From Lama glama (lineage: Eukaryota): a stretch of DNA of 64,000 nt. Shown here piece by piece: positions 14,801 to 29,800 of the stretch (positions within the stretch are counted from its first letter, which is position 1; each line of letters opens with the position of its first letter). The notes below the pieces were generated by a model that was given only the letters and a program-made list of their open reading frames with translations, was not told the origin of the DNA and searched no databases. The stretch is from the NCBI GenBank assembly GCA_028534125.1, contig CM052817.1, positions 71,736,001-71,800,000 on the forward strand, given 5' to 3'. The translations under genes and the position numbers were made by a program.

Positions 14801-17800
14801 CTACTCTTTCCCTTCCATCTCCATCCTCCCTGCTGTGACATCCCAGGTAGGTAGGCAAAGTAGTGTTGACAATGTCCAGCCCATAAAATAGAAAGCAGGT
14901 CAGAGCAGTGCCCTGCTAGCTTTCCCAAAGTGTACCAGTACTTTCTTTGGATGTGATTCCCCGAGACAATGCCTGCCCATCATTCCTAAAGCTCTAATGA
15001 CCATCAGGTCTTCTTATGTGGCAATTAGTACTCTCTGTGATACCTTTAAAAGGGAACAGTCCCCTTTTACCAAATACTTCAATTTCTAGGTGACTATTAA
15101 AGTAAGAAATAAGACCAGGATTTAGGAAATATTCAGGGAACATATCAGTCCATTTTACTCCTTTTGTCCATTAATAAAATATTCTGTGTTTACATTAGGT
15201 AGAAAGGAAGAAGCTATGTGCTTGCTCTTACATGTACATTAGAATATCCTGTAAACTTTCCATCAGCTTCAAACTCAAATGTTGTATCTTCTCTAAATGT
15301 AAGCACCTTTAGTGAGGAACTGTGCCTTCTGTATCTTTGCATATACTCTAGTGCCTAGTAGCATGCGTTACAGATGTTAGAAGAGCTATAAAATACTTCT
15401 TCAGTGAAAGAATGAGTGAGTGAATAGTTTACAATAAATAACACAGAATACAAAAATAAACAAAGACAATTCCTTTTTAAAAATTAAGTTAAAATATCCT
15501 TCGCACAGTTTTCATTCTAAGTTAAACTGATGAATAATACATTCTTGGAGTCTTCAAAGCTGACTTCAGATTAAATCATTTTTCATATGAACTTTTTTTG
15601 AGATGTACCAAAAGAGTCTTTAAAAATGAATAATTCTAATAATTCAGTAATACTCTCCCATTTCATTTAGCCCAGTATCTGTGGTATAATTAATTAAGAA
15701 CCCAGTCCTGTCTAAAACTAACATTTCTCGAGTTAAACTGTCTTCCTTCACCCTAACTGTGACTATAGATGGTGCTAGAAACTGAATTAGAATGAATAGA
15801 TATTAATTTTCATATCATTATAGTGCTATGGAATTCATTCACAAAAAGACACTGAAACTCTCATTATTTGCCTCCAATCTTCAAACACTAGCTAATATCT
15901 GCAAATAGCATATGATCAACATAGGGCACACTCAATAAGCTCTCACACCAAGTGGAGCATTCCTTCACATATTTGCAAATGTATCCAATATACCCCTCCT
16001 TGATTCATCATCATGCAATGATTGCTCCCCTAAATCCCACAATGTGTGACATTGTTCAAGATTTTTTCCCTTGTAAATACTAACTTTCTATCAAAAGTGA
16101 CAGTTGGCTCAAGTGGTGTGGCATTAACTCTGGGGGTGGCCAATTGTCTGTTCCCTTTCATGTTCATCACCTTCCCCCAAACCTCAGGTAGCCAAGTAGG
16201 TGCAGAATGTAGGGAAATAAGAGCAAACCCATCAATTAGAAAATTTTTCAGTCTGTGATTGTACTTAAAAAGCATATTAGAAAATGGCGTATTGATAACA
16301 ATGCTGGCATGAAATAGAAGCTGAGAAATATATCCATCCTTTCTTTTTCTCCTAGTATCAGTAGTATCCCTGAAAAGACAGGAGTGGCTCAGCTGGAAAA
16401 TGTCCTTTCCCTTCCTGAGATACTAGTAATAGAAGCATTGTTCTTTTCCGTTTGTCCTCACTGATACCAGCTAATGAGGGACTGTTACAGGGGGACCTAG
16501 GTTATCATGAACTTGTGACTGGAGTGACTACATTGTGATTATTCAAGGTGAAGAAGGAAATTTCTTAATACAGAATATTCAAATGCACTAATATAGACAA
16601 AATAAAAATAGTACCTTTGAATATACTGTTTATATGAGCCTCTACCTCAGGAGAAGCAAGAAGCTGCAATTTAAAAAACAGTAACAATAATAACTGTGGA
16701 AAACCACACAAACTGATCCTGGATTCAGAAGTCTCTTCCCAGTAATCTCAGGCAAATCTCTTAACCTCTTTAGGCACCAGTTTCCTTCACCCCCAAAATG
16801 TGGGGGTTGTATAAAATAGTATTTAAGTTCCCTTCCAGTTCCAAGATTGCATGTTTGTAAGTACAAGATATTGTGAATATACAAGGAAACCTCTAAATTA
16901 ATTTTAAGAAGATACATTCATTAGAAATTATCATTAACAAGTAGGTATGATTAAAATTATTACTATTCCAAGAATACAATTATTTTACTGGGATGGAATG
17001 AATGATCTGTGCAAAACTCTGGAATGAATGTCTAGATTTGACATAGAACATGTGCCTTTCATCTCTTCTCCCTTCCTTCGCCTGCCCTCCAGTGGCAGCG
17101 CTGAGCAGTGAACCCATCAAAAGAACAAATATGAAGGCAGCATTACAAACTGGCCTCAACCCTCTCCCAGGCATCTTGGAGCAGTCCTGCTAATATTGTT
17201 TTATCTCTCTATGCCTGAAAAGAAGAGGAATCTAGAAAATAGTGTATGTAACTTAGGTGCAGCACCTACTGAAAATTATAGCAACTTACAGTGAAAATGA
17301 TATGTGCAAAGTCAACCACTGGTTATTTTCTTTGAAGGTTCAAAGAACACATAAGAAGGTTCTATTTCTATTAAAGACCTCCACATTTTAAGTAGGACAA
17401 TTCTGGAGCATAACAGAGAAATGTACAGCAGGAATTTTGGTAGTTTTCCTGGAGAACCCCAAGTAGTGTGCAATTATGAGATTAGGAGAAGACTGAGAAT
17501 TTTCTCTGGGGATATATATCACATTATACCTGAAAACTCCTATATAGAGACATTTTGTGACTAGACTTGACAAAAGGGGAGACTTCTTGTTAAAATTTAA
17601 TATTTCTAAAATATTTGAAAAAAGAAGACTTACTCTTTAAAGTGAATAATTTCCCCAATTTATCTATCATCATCATCATGATCATGATTACTATTATTCA
17701 AAAGGCTGTATGTTCATTTATTTAGAGCAGAGTCTGAAACTACTCATGCTTGCGGGTCAAATCCCACCCACCACCCATTATCCTAAGGCCTGCAAACAAA

Positions 17801-20800
17801 AGCACTTCTACATTTTTGAACAGTTGGAAAAAAATCAAAAGAAGATTTTATGACAGATGAAAGTTGTATGGAATTCAAATAGCAGTGTGCATAAGAAACC
17901 CTTGATTGGAAGACAGACATGCTGATTCATTTGGCTGCTTTTGTGCTATGGAGGGACAGCTGAGTAGCTACGACAGAGACTACATGGCCCACGACACTTC
18001 AGATTTTTATTGTACAGCTTTTTACAGAAAAAGGTTGCTAAGCCCTGGCTTAGAGCCAAGCTCATGGGTTTTTATCTTTACATATCACCTCAATCGCTCC
18101 TGTGCGATGGGGTCATCTGATGTCTGAGATAAGGAAACACCACTGGTCTAAATGAAGGTAGAGGATGAGCCAGTGGTGGACAGGTTAACACCACAAATTG
18201 AGAATCATGGAATTACAGTCTCTTCTCCTAGTGGATCAAAAGTGTTATGGACTGTTGGCTGTTTGCTAATCATTTGACTGTACTTAAGTATCTTACATTG
18301 CCTGTCCTGAAAAAATTAAACTCATAAATTATAAACTCTTCTGTTTATAATTCCATTACTTAAAAAAGAACAAAGTATCTCATTAATAAGAAAAAATTTC
18401 CTTATGCTTTCCAAATAAATCATTGTTTGTACAGTGTTTTTGTAGGTTATAAAATGTTTTGCATACAGTGTATCATTTGATTTTCTTTCTACCTACAGTC
18501 GCTATATTATACATTAATATAGTGAAATATGTTGAAAGGTTCAGCTCATGTTGTGGAAGTATGGGAAAAACAAACATTGACTTCTGAAATACTTGTTATC
18601 TTTCACATACAGAATTATTTGAAAAAACACGAATTTAAGAATGCAAAAACTTCAGATTTTTGGGAAGCACTTGAAGAGGTAAGGAGGAGTTTATCCTCAA
18701 AATGTTTCTTTAATTAACAAATGACTTACCAATCATTTCTTTACCTGATTATGCTGTCCTTTTATTTCCCCCTTATTTGTTGTTTAATTATTATCCATTA
18801 AAAAAATCTTAGGCAAGTAACCTACCAGTGAAAGAAGTAATGGACACCTGGACCAATCAGATGGGTTATCCTGTACTTAATGTGGAAGACACGGGGACTA
18901 TCACACAGAAACGCTTTCTGTTGGACTCAAAAGCCAATGCTTCCGAGCCATATTCAGTTTTTGGGTAAGGATCTATAATGCATTTCAAGAGAAAGGCAGA
19001 AATTTTACGGAAATACTGGCCATTCACTTATACCTTGCCCTTCAGCACCTGACTCAAAAGCATAGTGTCTTTAGAGAAACAAAGCCATCTAGAAATAACT
19101 CAGTTTTCTCCAGGTTCCAAATGGTGGATGGAGCACATACACGCCAGTCCTATCCTTCCCAGAAATCACCAAATAAGGAAATAGAAGTACTAAAAGAAAT
19201 AAACTCATAAAAGTAAAGAAAATAGAGAGAAAGGGCTACATGCATCATAGAATTCTAGAAGATGAAAAGCAGAGGGAGGAAGATAGACAGAAAACAAACT
19301 GAGGAACATGCAGTCAGTTAGAAAGGAACTTAAGCAGGGGTGGAAGCTGATTTTTCCTATTCCTAGACAAGCTCTGGGCTCGGTGTCAGCACTCAGAGTA
19401 GAAGGCAGGAGCGAGAAGTGAGGGGGGAAACAGGGCAATTAATTTGAAGTCTGGACTCAGGACAGTTGTGGCAGGCAGACCTCTCACTCCCCACTTCCCT
19501 TCATCAACAGCCATTCTTTCCTCTGCACAGAGCTCTCAGAAGTCTGGCAATGACTCAAGGCAAAAATCCAGAGGGCTTTTTTTCCTAAAGAAATCGACTA
19601 AAACAGTGGAGAAGAGCTAAGGATTTCCATTTGGTTGGGACACCCAGAGTACAGCTTTCCTCCTTATGGCGTTTGTAGGATGGATGGGCTGGAGCTGCCA
19701 GCTCCCCTCACACAGGCACAGAGCCCCTCGTCAGACTTCCTGTTCAGCAGAGAAGTCGGTTTCAAAAATACGCTTCTCTTCTCTATAGTACAGAGGTTAC
19801 ATACAAGACAACAAGAATAATCAATTCAGTCCTTCTTTCTCATATGCGAATGAACAGTCAGGGATCACAAGACACATGAAAAAATCTAAAAGCATAAAAA
19901 GCAAAATCTCACATGAACAAACAAAAAACTTGTCTCTATAAGAAGAATAATTGAAATAAAAATAAATTTATGAAATATATTCAGAGGTCAAAGAAGCTAT
20001 TATACTCATTAACGAAGAGCAGAATGTCTCTGAAAGGACAAACTGAAAATGTAAAAGAGCCCTAAAAAGTTAAGTTTTTGGTTGTCAAAAAAATTAATAG
20101 ACCAACAAGAAATAAATTTGGGAAATTCTCTAAAAATACAGGACAAACACACACAAAACTGGTAAATATGAAAGAGAAGACAAATGTGGAAGATCTAGCA
20201 CCCAACTAATAGAAGTCTCTCAGAAAAGAAAACAGTGAAACTTAAGGAGTAAAATATATCAAAGAATAAAGGACATAAGGATTCGGATTAAAAGGTTCAC
20301 TGACTACACAGTACAAAAAGGAAAAAACCCCACATACCAAGCTACATCCTCATGACATTTCAGAAAACAAGCACACAGGAGTTAGTGTGGCATTAGATTT
20401 CTCCACAACAACCCTGAACACAAGAAGAAAATGGAGCAACCATCTAAAATGTAGATGCAAAGCATATTTTCAGTCTCCAATTCTCTACCCAGTTCCCTAA
20501 ACCAAATACAAAAGCACAGTAAAGACATTTTCTGATATGCAGCTCCAGAATATGCATTCCACACAGCAGTGCTTAGAAAGTTACTAAGGCTGCACTCCAA
20601 GGGGACTGCAGGAGGAAGAGAAAAAATAAGAGTAAATCAAAAAAGAGGAAGACCTGGGATCCAGGAAAACAGTGCATCCAACCTAGGAGAGCCTGAAAGG
20701 AAATGCAGACCAACAGCGATCCAGCGGGCTCACGGTGCCGTGAGGAAGAGAGTATGACTGGGAAGATGGGAAAACTTGAGGAGGTGGTGAAGTTTGGTCA

Positions 20801-23800
20801 ACTACACAGAAGAAAATAAGAAAAAAACAAAATCAAAGCTGTTTATAAAAAACTGTGATCCAAAGACAGGAAGCAGGTAGAGTGATTTTATGTCATTGAT
20901 AAAGTATAAGAAAAAGGAGTCTATTTGACCCTTATGTTAGGGTGTTACTGCAAAATTTTATTTAAGTGACGTAAGGGCCAAGAAATCAGACCATAGAGAA
21001 GGAAATAACTCCAACACACTTCTTAGCCAACAATATGTACATAGTATAATTTTGTGAATGTTACTTACTGTCTTTTAACCTTTTATAATCAACCAATGGA
21101 TAACATATGTAAAACTTCTGTTATGGTGGCAGAGTAGATTGTAAACATAAACAGTCTTATCAAGAAAAAATAGCTGACAGAAGAAAGGACGTAGAAGAGG
21201 AAGAAAAGGTGGAAGTGTCAGGATACTGATTCAGCGGTAGACAGAAGCTGGCTCTAATCCCAACTCAGTAACATCATGCTGGTAGTTTGAAATTGGTTAC
21301 GATGTGACTTAATGGGAATCAGCAAATACTACGTTCCACCTCCCACCCCTACCCGCCCTGAGAGCCAGCTGTTAAGCATTTACCAGCACTGCACAGGATA
21401 CCCTCATTCTACAGTTAGGAGAGACTAGCAATACTAAAATTTATAAAGCAAGAAATGATAGTATGAGTATATTATTTGAAGGAACAATTGTAACCTATAG
21501 AAAGTCTAATAGTACTATAGCAAAATTTGATTTTTAAAGGGGGACTGGAAGAGAAAATAGTGTTAATAAACTAAATCACCCTCTCATGGTTGAGTTTAGA
21601 AATACTATCTTAAAAAATATAGCGGTATATTAGAGTTACAGAATTAGACATCAGAAGAACTAAAACCAGAAGCATTTAAAAGGGGATATTTTGAGAGAGA
21701 AGCTGGCCTGTGAGAAGGGTGGAGGGGACTGTGGCTTTTCAACAGCAGTTTTTCAGGTTTTTGATTAACCATGTTTTTATTTGCAATGCTCAAATGAAAT
21801 TCTCCTGAACTTTTAAACATCAATTACAAACTCAATCAAATTATTTTGCATATATCATTAAGAACATCACTAGTTAAAACTTTATTAAATTCCATTTATA
21901 ATTTCAAAATACAAACACCTACAGACACAGATTCACAAATCTAATTTTTAAAAATACTTTCTTATACGTTTGTATGAATCTAACAAATTAAAATTCATAA
22001 ATACAGCATGTCAAATTTCTTGGGCATTTTCAACACATTCAAACCTTTAACTTCACAAATTCAGGCTTTTGTAGACATTTGAACATGACTACTATATGTG
22101 TCCACTGATAGGCTGAGCCTGAATTAACTGGTAGGGCAGGAGGTATGCAGAGTAGGGAGAAAGACTTTCTTACTTGAGGAAGTGATATTTGAGCTGAATA
22201 AACTGATGTAGGGGATGACTGGATTGTCAAAACAGAAACGGCAGCAGGTATGAAGGCCCTAAAGTTTAAAAGAAGCATTCTACATACAATAGGCAATACT
22301 TATTGAGCATTTATTAAGTAGCTGGCACTATTTTAAGTACTTTAGAGTATTTTATTATAATGGAGAAATTTAGGCAGAAAATGATTAAGTCACTTACTCA
22401 AGGCACAGAGTGTAAGTGATGAATCCTTGGTTTGAATGCAGGCAATCTGGCTCCATGAACTGGACAACAGAGAGCACTGGGGAAAGTGATGGGAGATGAA
22501 CTCAGAGAGGAAGGCAGGGGCCAGGCATGAAGACCATGCTAAAGACTGAACAAATGTGTGCAAATTCAAGGATGTTAAGGAGAGAATTGGCAGGATCAGT
22601 ATACATTCTTCCTAGTTCCCTCTGGCTGCACTATGGCAGACAGATCAGATGGGACAAGAGTGGAAGCTAGGAGGACAGTTAGGATGCTACTGTAGCAAGT
22701 GGCGCATGTGAGAGGTGGTGGAGTTGATGGGGGTCTGCACTGGGAGAGTGACCGTGGGCTGGAGGCAGGTGTTCAATATTCCAAAGACTGGGTGGAGCTA
22801 AAATTTCCAATTAAATAATAATGTGCTGGGAATACAATAGGACGAATTTGCAGAGGACCATCTCCTTTCAGAGTATGGTTCTCATCTTGTTCTATAGGGA
22901 TCATAGCAATACTTCTAGAGACCTGAAAGATCTTTATAGATTTATAGACCCATTTTACGACACGTACTCCATGCTGCAGGAATAGAACCTCTTTTCTGGC
23001 TTCCAATTCAGGGCTTTGGGAACACACTCACACTAACAAAAATTCGGATTGCCAAAATACTTTCTGTCCAAGGTATCAAAAATGAAGAGCACTCAGAATT
23101 ATTAAATTGGCTGCTTCCAAGATACTAGTGGGCACCTGAACTGGAGAAGCATCAAGAAAGCCTGTGGTGCTCACCTTGTTGAAACCATTACCAGCTTCTC
23201 CTCCTGGAAACCTCAGACACTCAGCTCTCCCACAGTAAATAAAATTCAGAGAAACTGGGAATCTTGCTGTGAGGCAAGTTCTGAAAATTAATAGTTCTTG
23301 CCAAAACAAAAGAAAATTTGAGTTCTTAGATCAAATGAGATCAATCAGGGAGTATCTGTATATCCTTCTTTATCTTTTCTTTATTTTGGAGAGGAAAGAT
23401 TATGATGGAGAAAACTTTGTTTTTCACTCTTTCCTTTTCATAGTATGTGATTTGAAACATGGAACTGATTCGTTATCAGGTGATAATTCAATTACAAAAA
23501 TCACATAGTAATTTTTGTGATCATTCTGTTAAACTTTTTTTTACAGTTACTCTTTTATGATCTAGCAAATCAGATTGGCCATATTTAATACTGCTATTTA
23601 ATAGTCTTTGGACACTGCAGTTTTAAAAAGTATATTTCCTCCTTGAGAAACAAACTTCCATTAAGAAAGCTTCACAGTGGTTTTCCCTTCTGTCATACAT
23701 ATGCACTGACTTAAACCAAAGACACAACCAACACCATTTTTAAACTGGTTTGATCGGATTTTTAAGAACTGTTCCTTAGTTATGGATTCCTTTCCACACA

Positions 23801-26800
23801 AACAAAAGATTTTATTACCAAGGGAACTTAAACATATCATCAGATCTAAAATCACTTTTAAAATTATAATAAATCTTTAAAGTGCATTAATTAAGATTCA
23901 GAACATGGTACTACATTAATATTTACACTTTTCTCTAATTTTTTTAGTTTCAATCTTCAGATAGTTTTTCTAAAATTTAGATTCATAGATGCATGATTTT
24001 TAGTGATCATTTATCATTTTCAATCCACTTGTTCCATTTTTTGGTAAAAAAAAGTTACACATTATATATGCATAGGAAAATAAACCCAGAAAACATGGGC
24101 TTTTCTGTTGAGAACATTTCATAAAAATCTATAGTAGATCCTGAACAAATAAGAGAGAAAAAGACATTATATCAAAAGTGACACTTCCTTATTTTTCAAT
24201 TGATTAAAAAGTTAGATCATAATATATGCCTTAATGCCCCCAGTAAGGAATTAGCTTTTTCTCCAATCTTAGTGTTCACCTGCTGTCTGTTCAGATATAT
24301 TCCTGTCTGGTACACAAGGTTCAATTGTATGGTAAACTGAATGGCCTCTTCTTTTCTTGCTGCTTAAATATTCCATGATTAGGGAATTTTTACTGACCAA
24401 AAACTTTTTATAATCTAAATGGCCCACACATGTGTAAACTATTGTTTTAACAGTATGGCCTCAACCACCTCTTAGAAATGGGCCAGTCTGACATCTCCAT
24501 CAGGGGAATTCTCTATGGGACAATCGTGCATGTCTTTGGCAGTCCACTCAAAATAAAAGGGTGGAAGAATGGGAGTAGCTGTGTCATCCTGGGGCAACCA
24601 AAGTCAGTTTCCTTAGTGAAAATTAGATTGGCCATATTTATACTGCCACAAACTGTTATATGGTAAGATATTTAAAAAGTGAATTATACCTTTAAAAAAT
24701 GAAATCTGATACTCTTGAATTTTTGATAACATATAAGAAACTCTATCATTTCATTTACGTAATTTCCATTTCTTTTGTACTCTCAGATCTATTATTTTGC
24801 TCAGATTAGATTAGCTCCTGTAAGTGATTCCAAAACTGTCAAGTGAAATAGCCTCAACCCTCTATCTGTTTTCATCTCACCATACTCTTATAGACGTCAG
24901 AGTAGCATTCTTCACACAACCTTAGTAGTGTATCTTATGCCTACTTTCAGGCACAGCCTAGTCCCGGAGACCAGGCATCAGAGGAGATAGTGGAAATGTG
25001 AAATCCTGACTGTGCACATAGGGTATCCAGACACTGCATGCTCTGCTGTTTCAGCCAGGTGGACACTGGGGAAAGATGAGGAGGAGTGAGATGCTAGTCT
25101 ACACGGTGACACCAAAGCAGAGCAGTGAAGAGAATGAAACCTGTAGGTAGGATGTGACTTAAAAAAAAAAAAAAAAGCTTGTTTTTCTGTCTGTTGAGAA
25201 GCTACAAGGGATGATGGTTCTTAGGTTGGCTTCACTATAAGCAGACCCTGAGGTGATCATTCAAGTGAAAATGACTCATTGGGGGGGTGTTTCTTGGAAA
25301 GGCTGGTAGGGGGTTGGGCAGTGGGACATCAAGCAGCCAAGGTGCAACACCAAGCAGGTCCTGTCCGGGGTTAACTACCCTGAAGGGAAGAGGGACAGTG
25401 CTACACAGAGGTCTTGAGAGATGGGGCAAAGAACATTCTCATGCTCATCTATCATTGGCCAAGGGCTGCACCCAAGGATATAAATTTCCAGAAACTTCTG
25501 GATTTCCTTACTCAGGCAGCCAGAGGACAGTCCTCTGATAAAAAGACCAAGGTGCTGGCTGTTGGCAGGGAAAGCACATTGGAATCTGGGAAGCACAGAA
25601 ATGACAGAGATTCAAGCAGATAAGGATGGAGTACTGAGAACGTCTCCTATAGGAGCCAACGAACAGTTTATGTATTGGTTCTATGAAACTTACAGCCAAA
25701 AACATTCCACTGCAATAAAATCCTCCAAGAGAGCTAGTAAAAGCTCAATCTATAAAAACATTTTAGTAGTTATAAAACAAAGGATTACTTCTTTCATGTA
25801 GATGGCAAATATATATTCTTCTTGAATTACATCAATTTTATTATATCTTGAAAAGGAGAAATATTACTCTCCCATTCTGTTAGGGACTTGAACGGTCACA
25901 GATGAAGGAAAACAAGGCCAACTTTGAGTTGAAACCCAAACACAGATTCATCCTCTCTTTAGATCTCCTGTATTTTCTGACTGATGAGATACGATGTGAG
26001 AACAAACAATCAAGACATTTAAGACCTCTTTTACGAGCTTTTAAGACTACAATGTTAAGTATATATTGTATCAAGATACAAAGCCAAACTCCTCCCCCTG
26101 CACCACAAGAAAATACTAAGCGGCTGAAGTGAACACTAGAAGCCCCTGAAACCTGCTTGCCTGATGAATTTTCTTGACACCACGCTAGTTCACATGGTCC
26201 TAAATAGGAGATTTTTAAAGAGCACGGGATTTAAGGGATGATGGTGGTAGTGTCATTTCAACATGATTTCTAAATGTGTTATGTCCTTCACAGCATTTTA
26301 AGATTGTCTTCTGAATTCTAAAAATGCTTTGTTTTTTGACAGAAACTACAGCATATTAGAGTGTGTGCAAGCATGTGTGTAATTGCTCGATTTTATTTTA
26401 TAATGTGTTATATTTGTGCAGTATCTTTATTCCAAAGCTTCGAGGCATTTTATTGAAATAACCTTTTTCATCCTTAGCTAATTTTTTGATACAAATTTCC
26501 AAATTTTAGAGATTTATAGAAATTGAAAGCAATTATGTAGCCTACTTTATCACAAAAGAATACTGTATTAATTGTATTAGTTATATACTATACACTGGAC
26601 AACCACTTATGAGAAAAATATGCTTTTCTATTGCTTTTTAATTATTTTTTCTTTGGAAATGTTTTCAGTTTTTAGTAATAAAAGCTAAAATTTTTCTTTC
26701 TGAAAAACTTTAGTTACACATGGAATATTCCAGTTAAATGGACAGAAGATAATGCATCAAGGATTACATTCTATAATAGGTCAGAAACAGGAGGTAAATA

Positions 26801-29800
26801 TCATCAATTGACTTACTTCTTTGAATTAATGCCCCACATTAAACGAATACAAGCATAAAGAAACAACAATAAATCTGTTAACTAATGATGTAAATTTCAG
26901 CTAAAAGAAACCTCAAATAATTTATTGATGAGTCCAAATGTTTATCTACAATATAATGAGAACTTTTCTACCTTAAGAAATTCTTTTTAGTGATTTACCA
27001 TGACTGACACAATAATAAATACCCATAGGAGAAGGGTAATACACCCAATCATTGGAAGATTAATGTATAAATTTTTTCCCTTCTTTCCCCTCTTCCCCTT
27101 TCCTCCCTTCTTTTGTTCCTTCTTTATTCTTTTCTTTTTTTTAAATATCAGATAATTAAGCCATTGAATTTCTTAAAATGTTATGTGACAAGCCTGGTTT
27201 TTTAAAAGCTGTCATTAAATTAAAGCTATCAATTTTTCAAATCAGCATGACATCAGAAACTTTAATGACTCCAAATTATCTTTTCTAAGTTGTAAGTTGT
27301 CACTGGGAGCTCAAGGCACTCTATATATGTCTGTAGGCTTCCATCCATCCACTTCCCTGAACAAATTACTTGTAACTTGCCTGTGTTAAAATTCAGCTGT
27401 GACTGTTCGGCTTACTTAAATCAACTGGAAATATATTTCTGTATTCCATCTCCACTGATTTGTCTTTTCCTTTCTTGAAAAATTTTAGAGTTATATAAAA
27501 AGAAGGAGACTTTATCACATGCTCTTTACTCCAGATCACTGAAAAAATAATTATTAAGGCAGGTTTTAGCAACTGCCCCAGAAGAATCCTGCTTTTTATA
27601 CTTTTGTTTGTGTATCTTTGTTTTGTGTTTCAAAATCATTTCTTATCTAACACAAGAGACTCTTCTCCGCCCTGTCCCACCAAGACCTGGTTTCAGAACA
27701 GCACTTGGCGTGGACATTCACTCGTGGCTTCTAAGGGATAAAAGCATATCACCTGTCCTTTATTTACATATGCTCATTTGCTCCTGCAAAATATTCTAAA
27801 ATAGTAATTAATTTCCTCTGGCAAGTAAATTTTTACTCTATTTCCAGTAGATTGTTTTCTAAAAATGGCTTTATTGATGTATAACTTGCATACTATGCAA
27901 ATCCCCCAATTAAAGTATACAATCCAGTGATTTTTTATTAGATTCACAAATATGTGTAACCATCACCACAGTCAATTTTGGAGCATTTCAGTCACCTCAA
28001 AAGGAAACTCCATCCTCTTTAGCTGTCAACTGCTCTCTTCTCCTACACCCCCAGCCCTAAGCAACCACTAATCTACTTTCTGTCAGCAAAGATTTGGCTA
28101 CTCTGGACATTTCATATAAATGGAATGATACATGTACATCTTGTGACTGGCTTCTTCATTTGGGCTGTGTTTTCAAGTTCATCCATGCCATAGCTTGTTT
28201 CAGTACTTAACTGCTTTTTATTCTCAAATGATATTCACACCATATTGACATACCACCTTCCGTTTATCTATTCATCAGCTGATGGGCATCTGGATTGTTT
28301 CTACCTTTTGGCTGTTATGAATAATGCTGCTATAAATATTTGTGTTCAAGTTTTTATGTGGATCCAGCAGGATTTTTTCAGCATTTTTTTCTACTTTTAT
28401 TACAAATTATTTTGTGGTTTTTAATTTCACTATAAACTCTCTCAGCTTTGTTATTGTCTAGGTAAGACTCCTTTCTGTTGCTTTTACAACAAAACTTTCT
28501 ATTACTCTTTTATGCTAACTTTAATTGATATGGTCAGCAATTCTCCTGAATTCTTCTAGAATTCCTAGATCAATGCCATTTTGTCTTAATATTTTATATA
28601 GGATAACTTTGTGTTTGAATATTAAGCTCTATCTTTTGTGATCTGTCTTCTGGTTGTTTTCTTAGGAAAACAGAGAAGACAAAAAAAAGGACACTTAAAA
28701 ATGTGCAATAGTGCTGGTAAAAGGCATAATGAGGCTGGGATTCCCTTGGGAGGTTTTCAGTGGATTTGGTTTAAATATTAGTACATATTTTCCCCATTGG
28801 TCACCATTGGTTGAGGGTTGGAGGAATGTCTGGAAAGCTGCTTGATTTGTTGTTTACAAATTTAAGAGCATGAATAATTTATGTACACTAACACAATCTA
28901 CCCAGCATTTTCATGAAATGATATTTCCATAAAAATAAATTTCCCAGATAACTAAAGCTTATTCAAGTGCTTCGTAAAATAGATTTCAGAAGCAGAGGGC
29001 TCTCATGGCAACTCTCTACCCCTCTATCATCACCTTTAATACATATTTTTTTTTTGCTATAACTATTGACTTTATCTGTCTCTCTCCTCCCCATAGAATA
29101 TTCCTTGAGGAAATGGGGCTTAATTTTGTGGTTGTTTTGTGGTTGTTCCATAGTTCCAGAAAGTACATAGTAACTGTTTATTGAATGAATCAATGAATGA
29201 GGAGGTTCTAATGTCCACAGAGCTTTGATGACAAACCTATCTTTATCTGCAACTTCAGATTCATGACTGGTCACTTAGCCAGAAGCAAACTAGACATCTC
29301 CTCTTACTTCAAAGTGCCTGCTCCATTTTTAGGCTACGCAATAAGTTCCCGTTTCCTGTTTGGGGAGATCTTCAGCTCCTAGCTCAGAGCACAGATTACC
29401 AACACGTCCTGAGTGTACTGAATGGGCAATCAGCTCAGGTTACCAGCCCTAACTCCCTTCTCTCTGTTTCTTTGGTGATTCATCAGTTAGAAATTTCCCA
29501 GGCAATAGCGGGACTTCCCCTAAGGTCTTTTATTTACATCTGTGTTGCACATGATATTTCAGACATGAAAACAATCAAGCAAGTACTTTACAACAAAAGA
29601 AGAGGACTGCTATCTCAGATGCTTTTCTGGCTATTCTAACCCACCCTGGATAACCTCTCCTCAGACTCTGGATAGTATATTTTATGCTATTAGTTTCATC
29701 AATCCTTATTCCTAGTATCATTCCATATACTTTAATCAGCATCATGGTTATTTAAGATTCATATGCTCATGCATATGCATATTTATTTTTAAGTAAATTA

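Noticed and set aside
18327..18352. 10-bp perfect hairpin aattataaac-N6-gtttataatt
   Set aside because: AT-rich and expected by chance in 64 kb.
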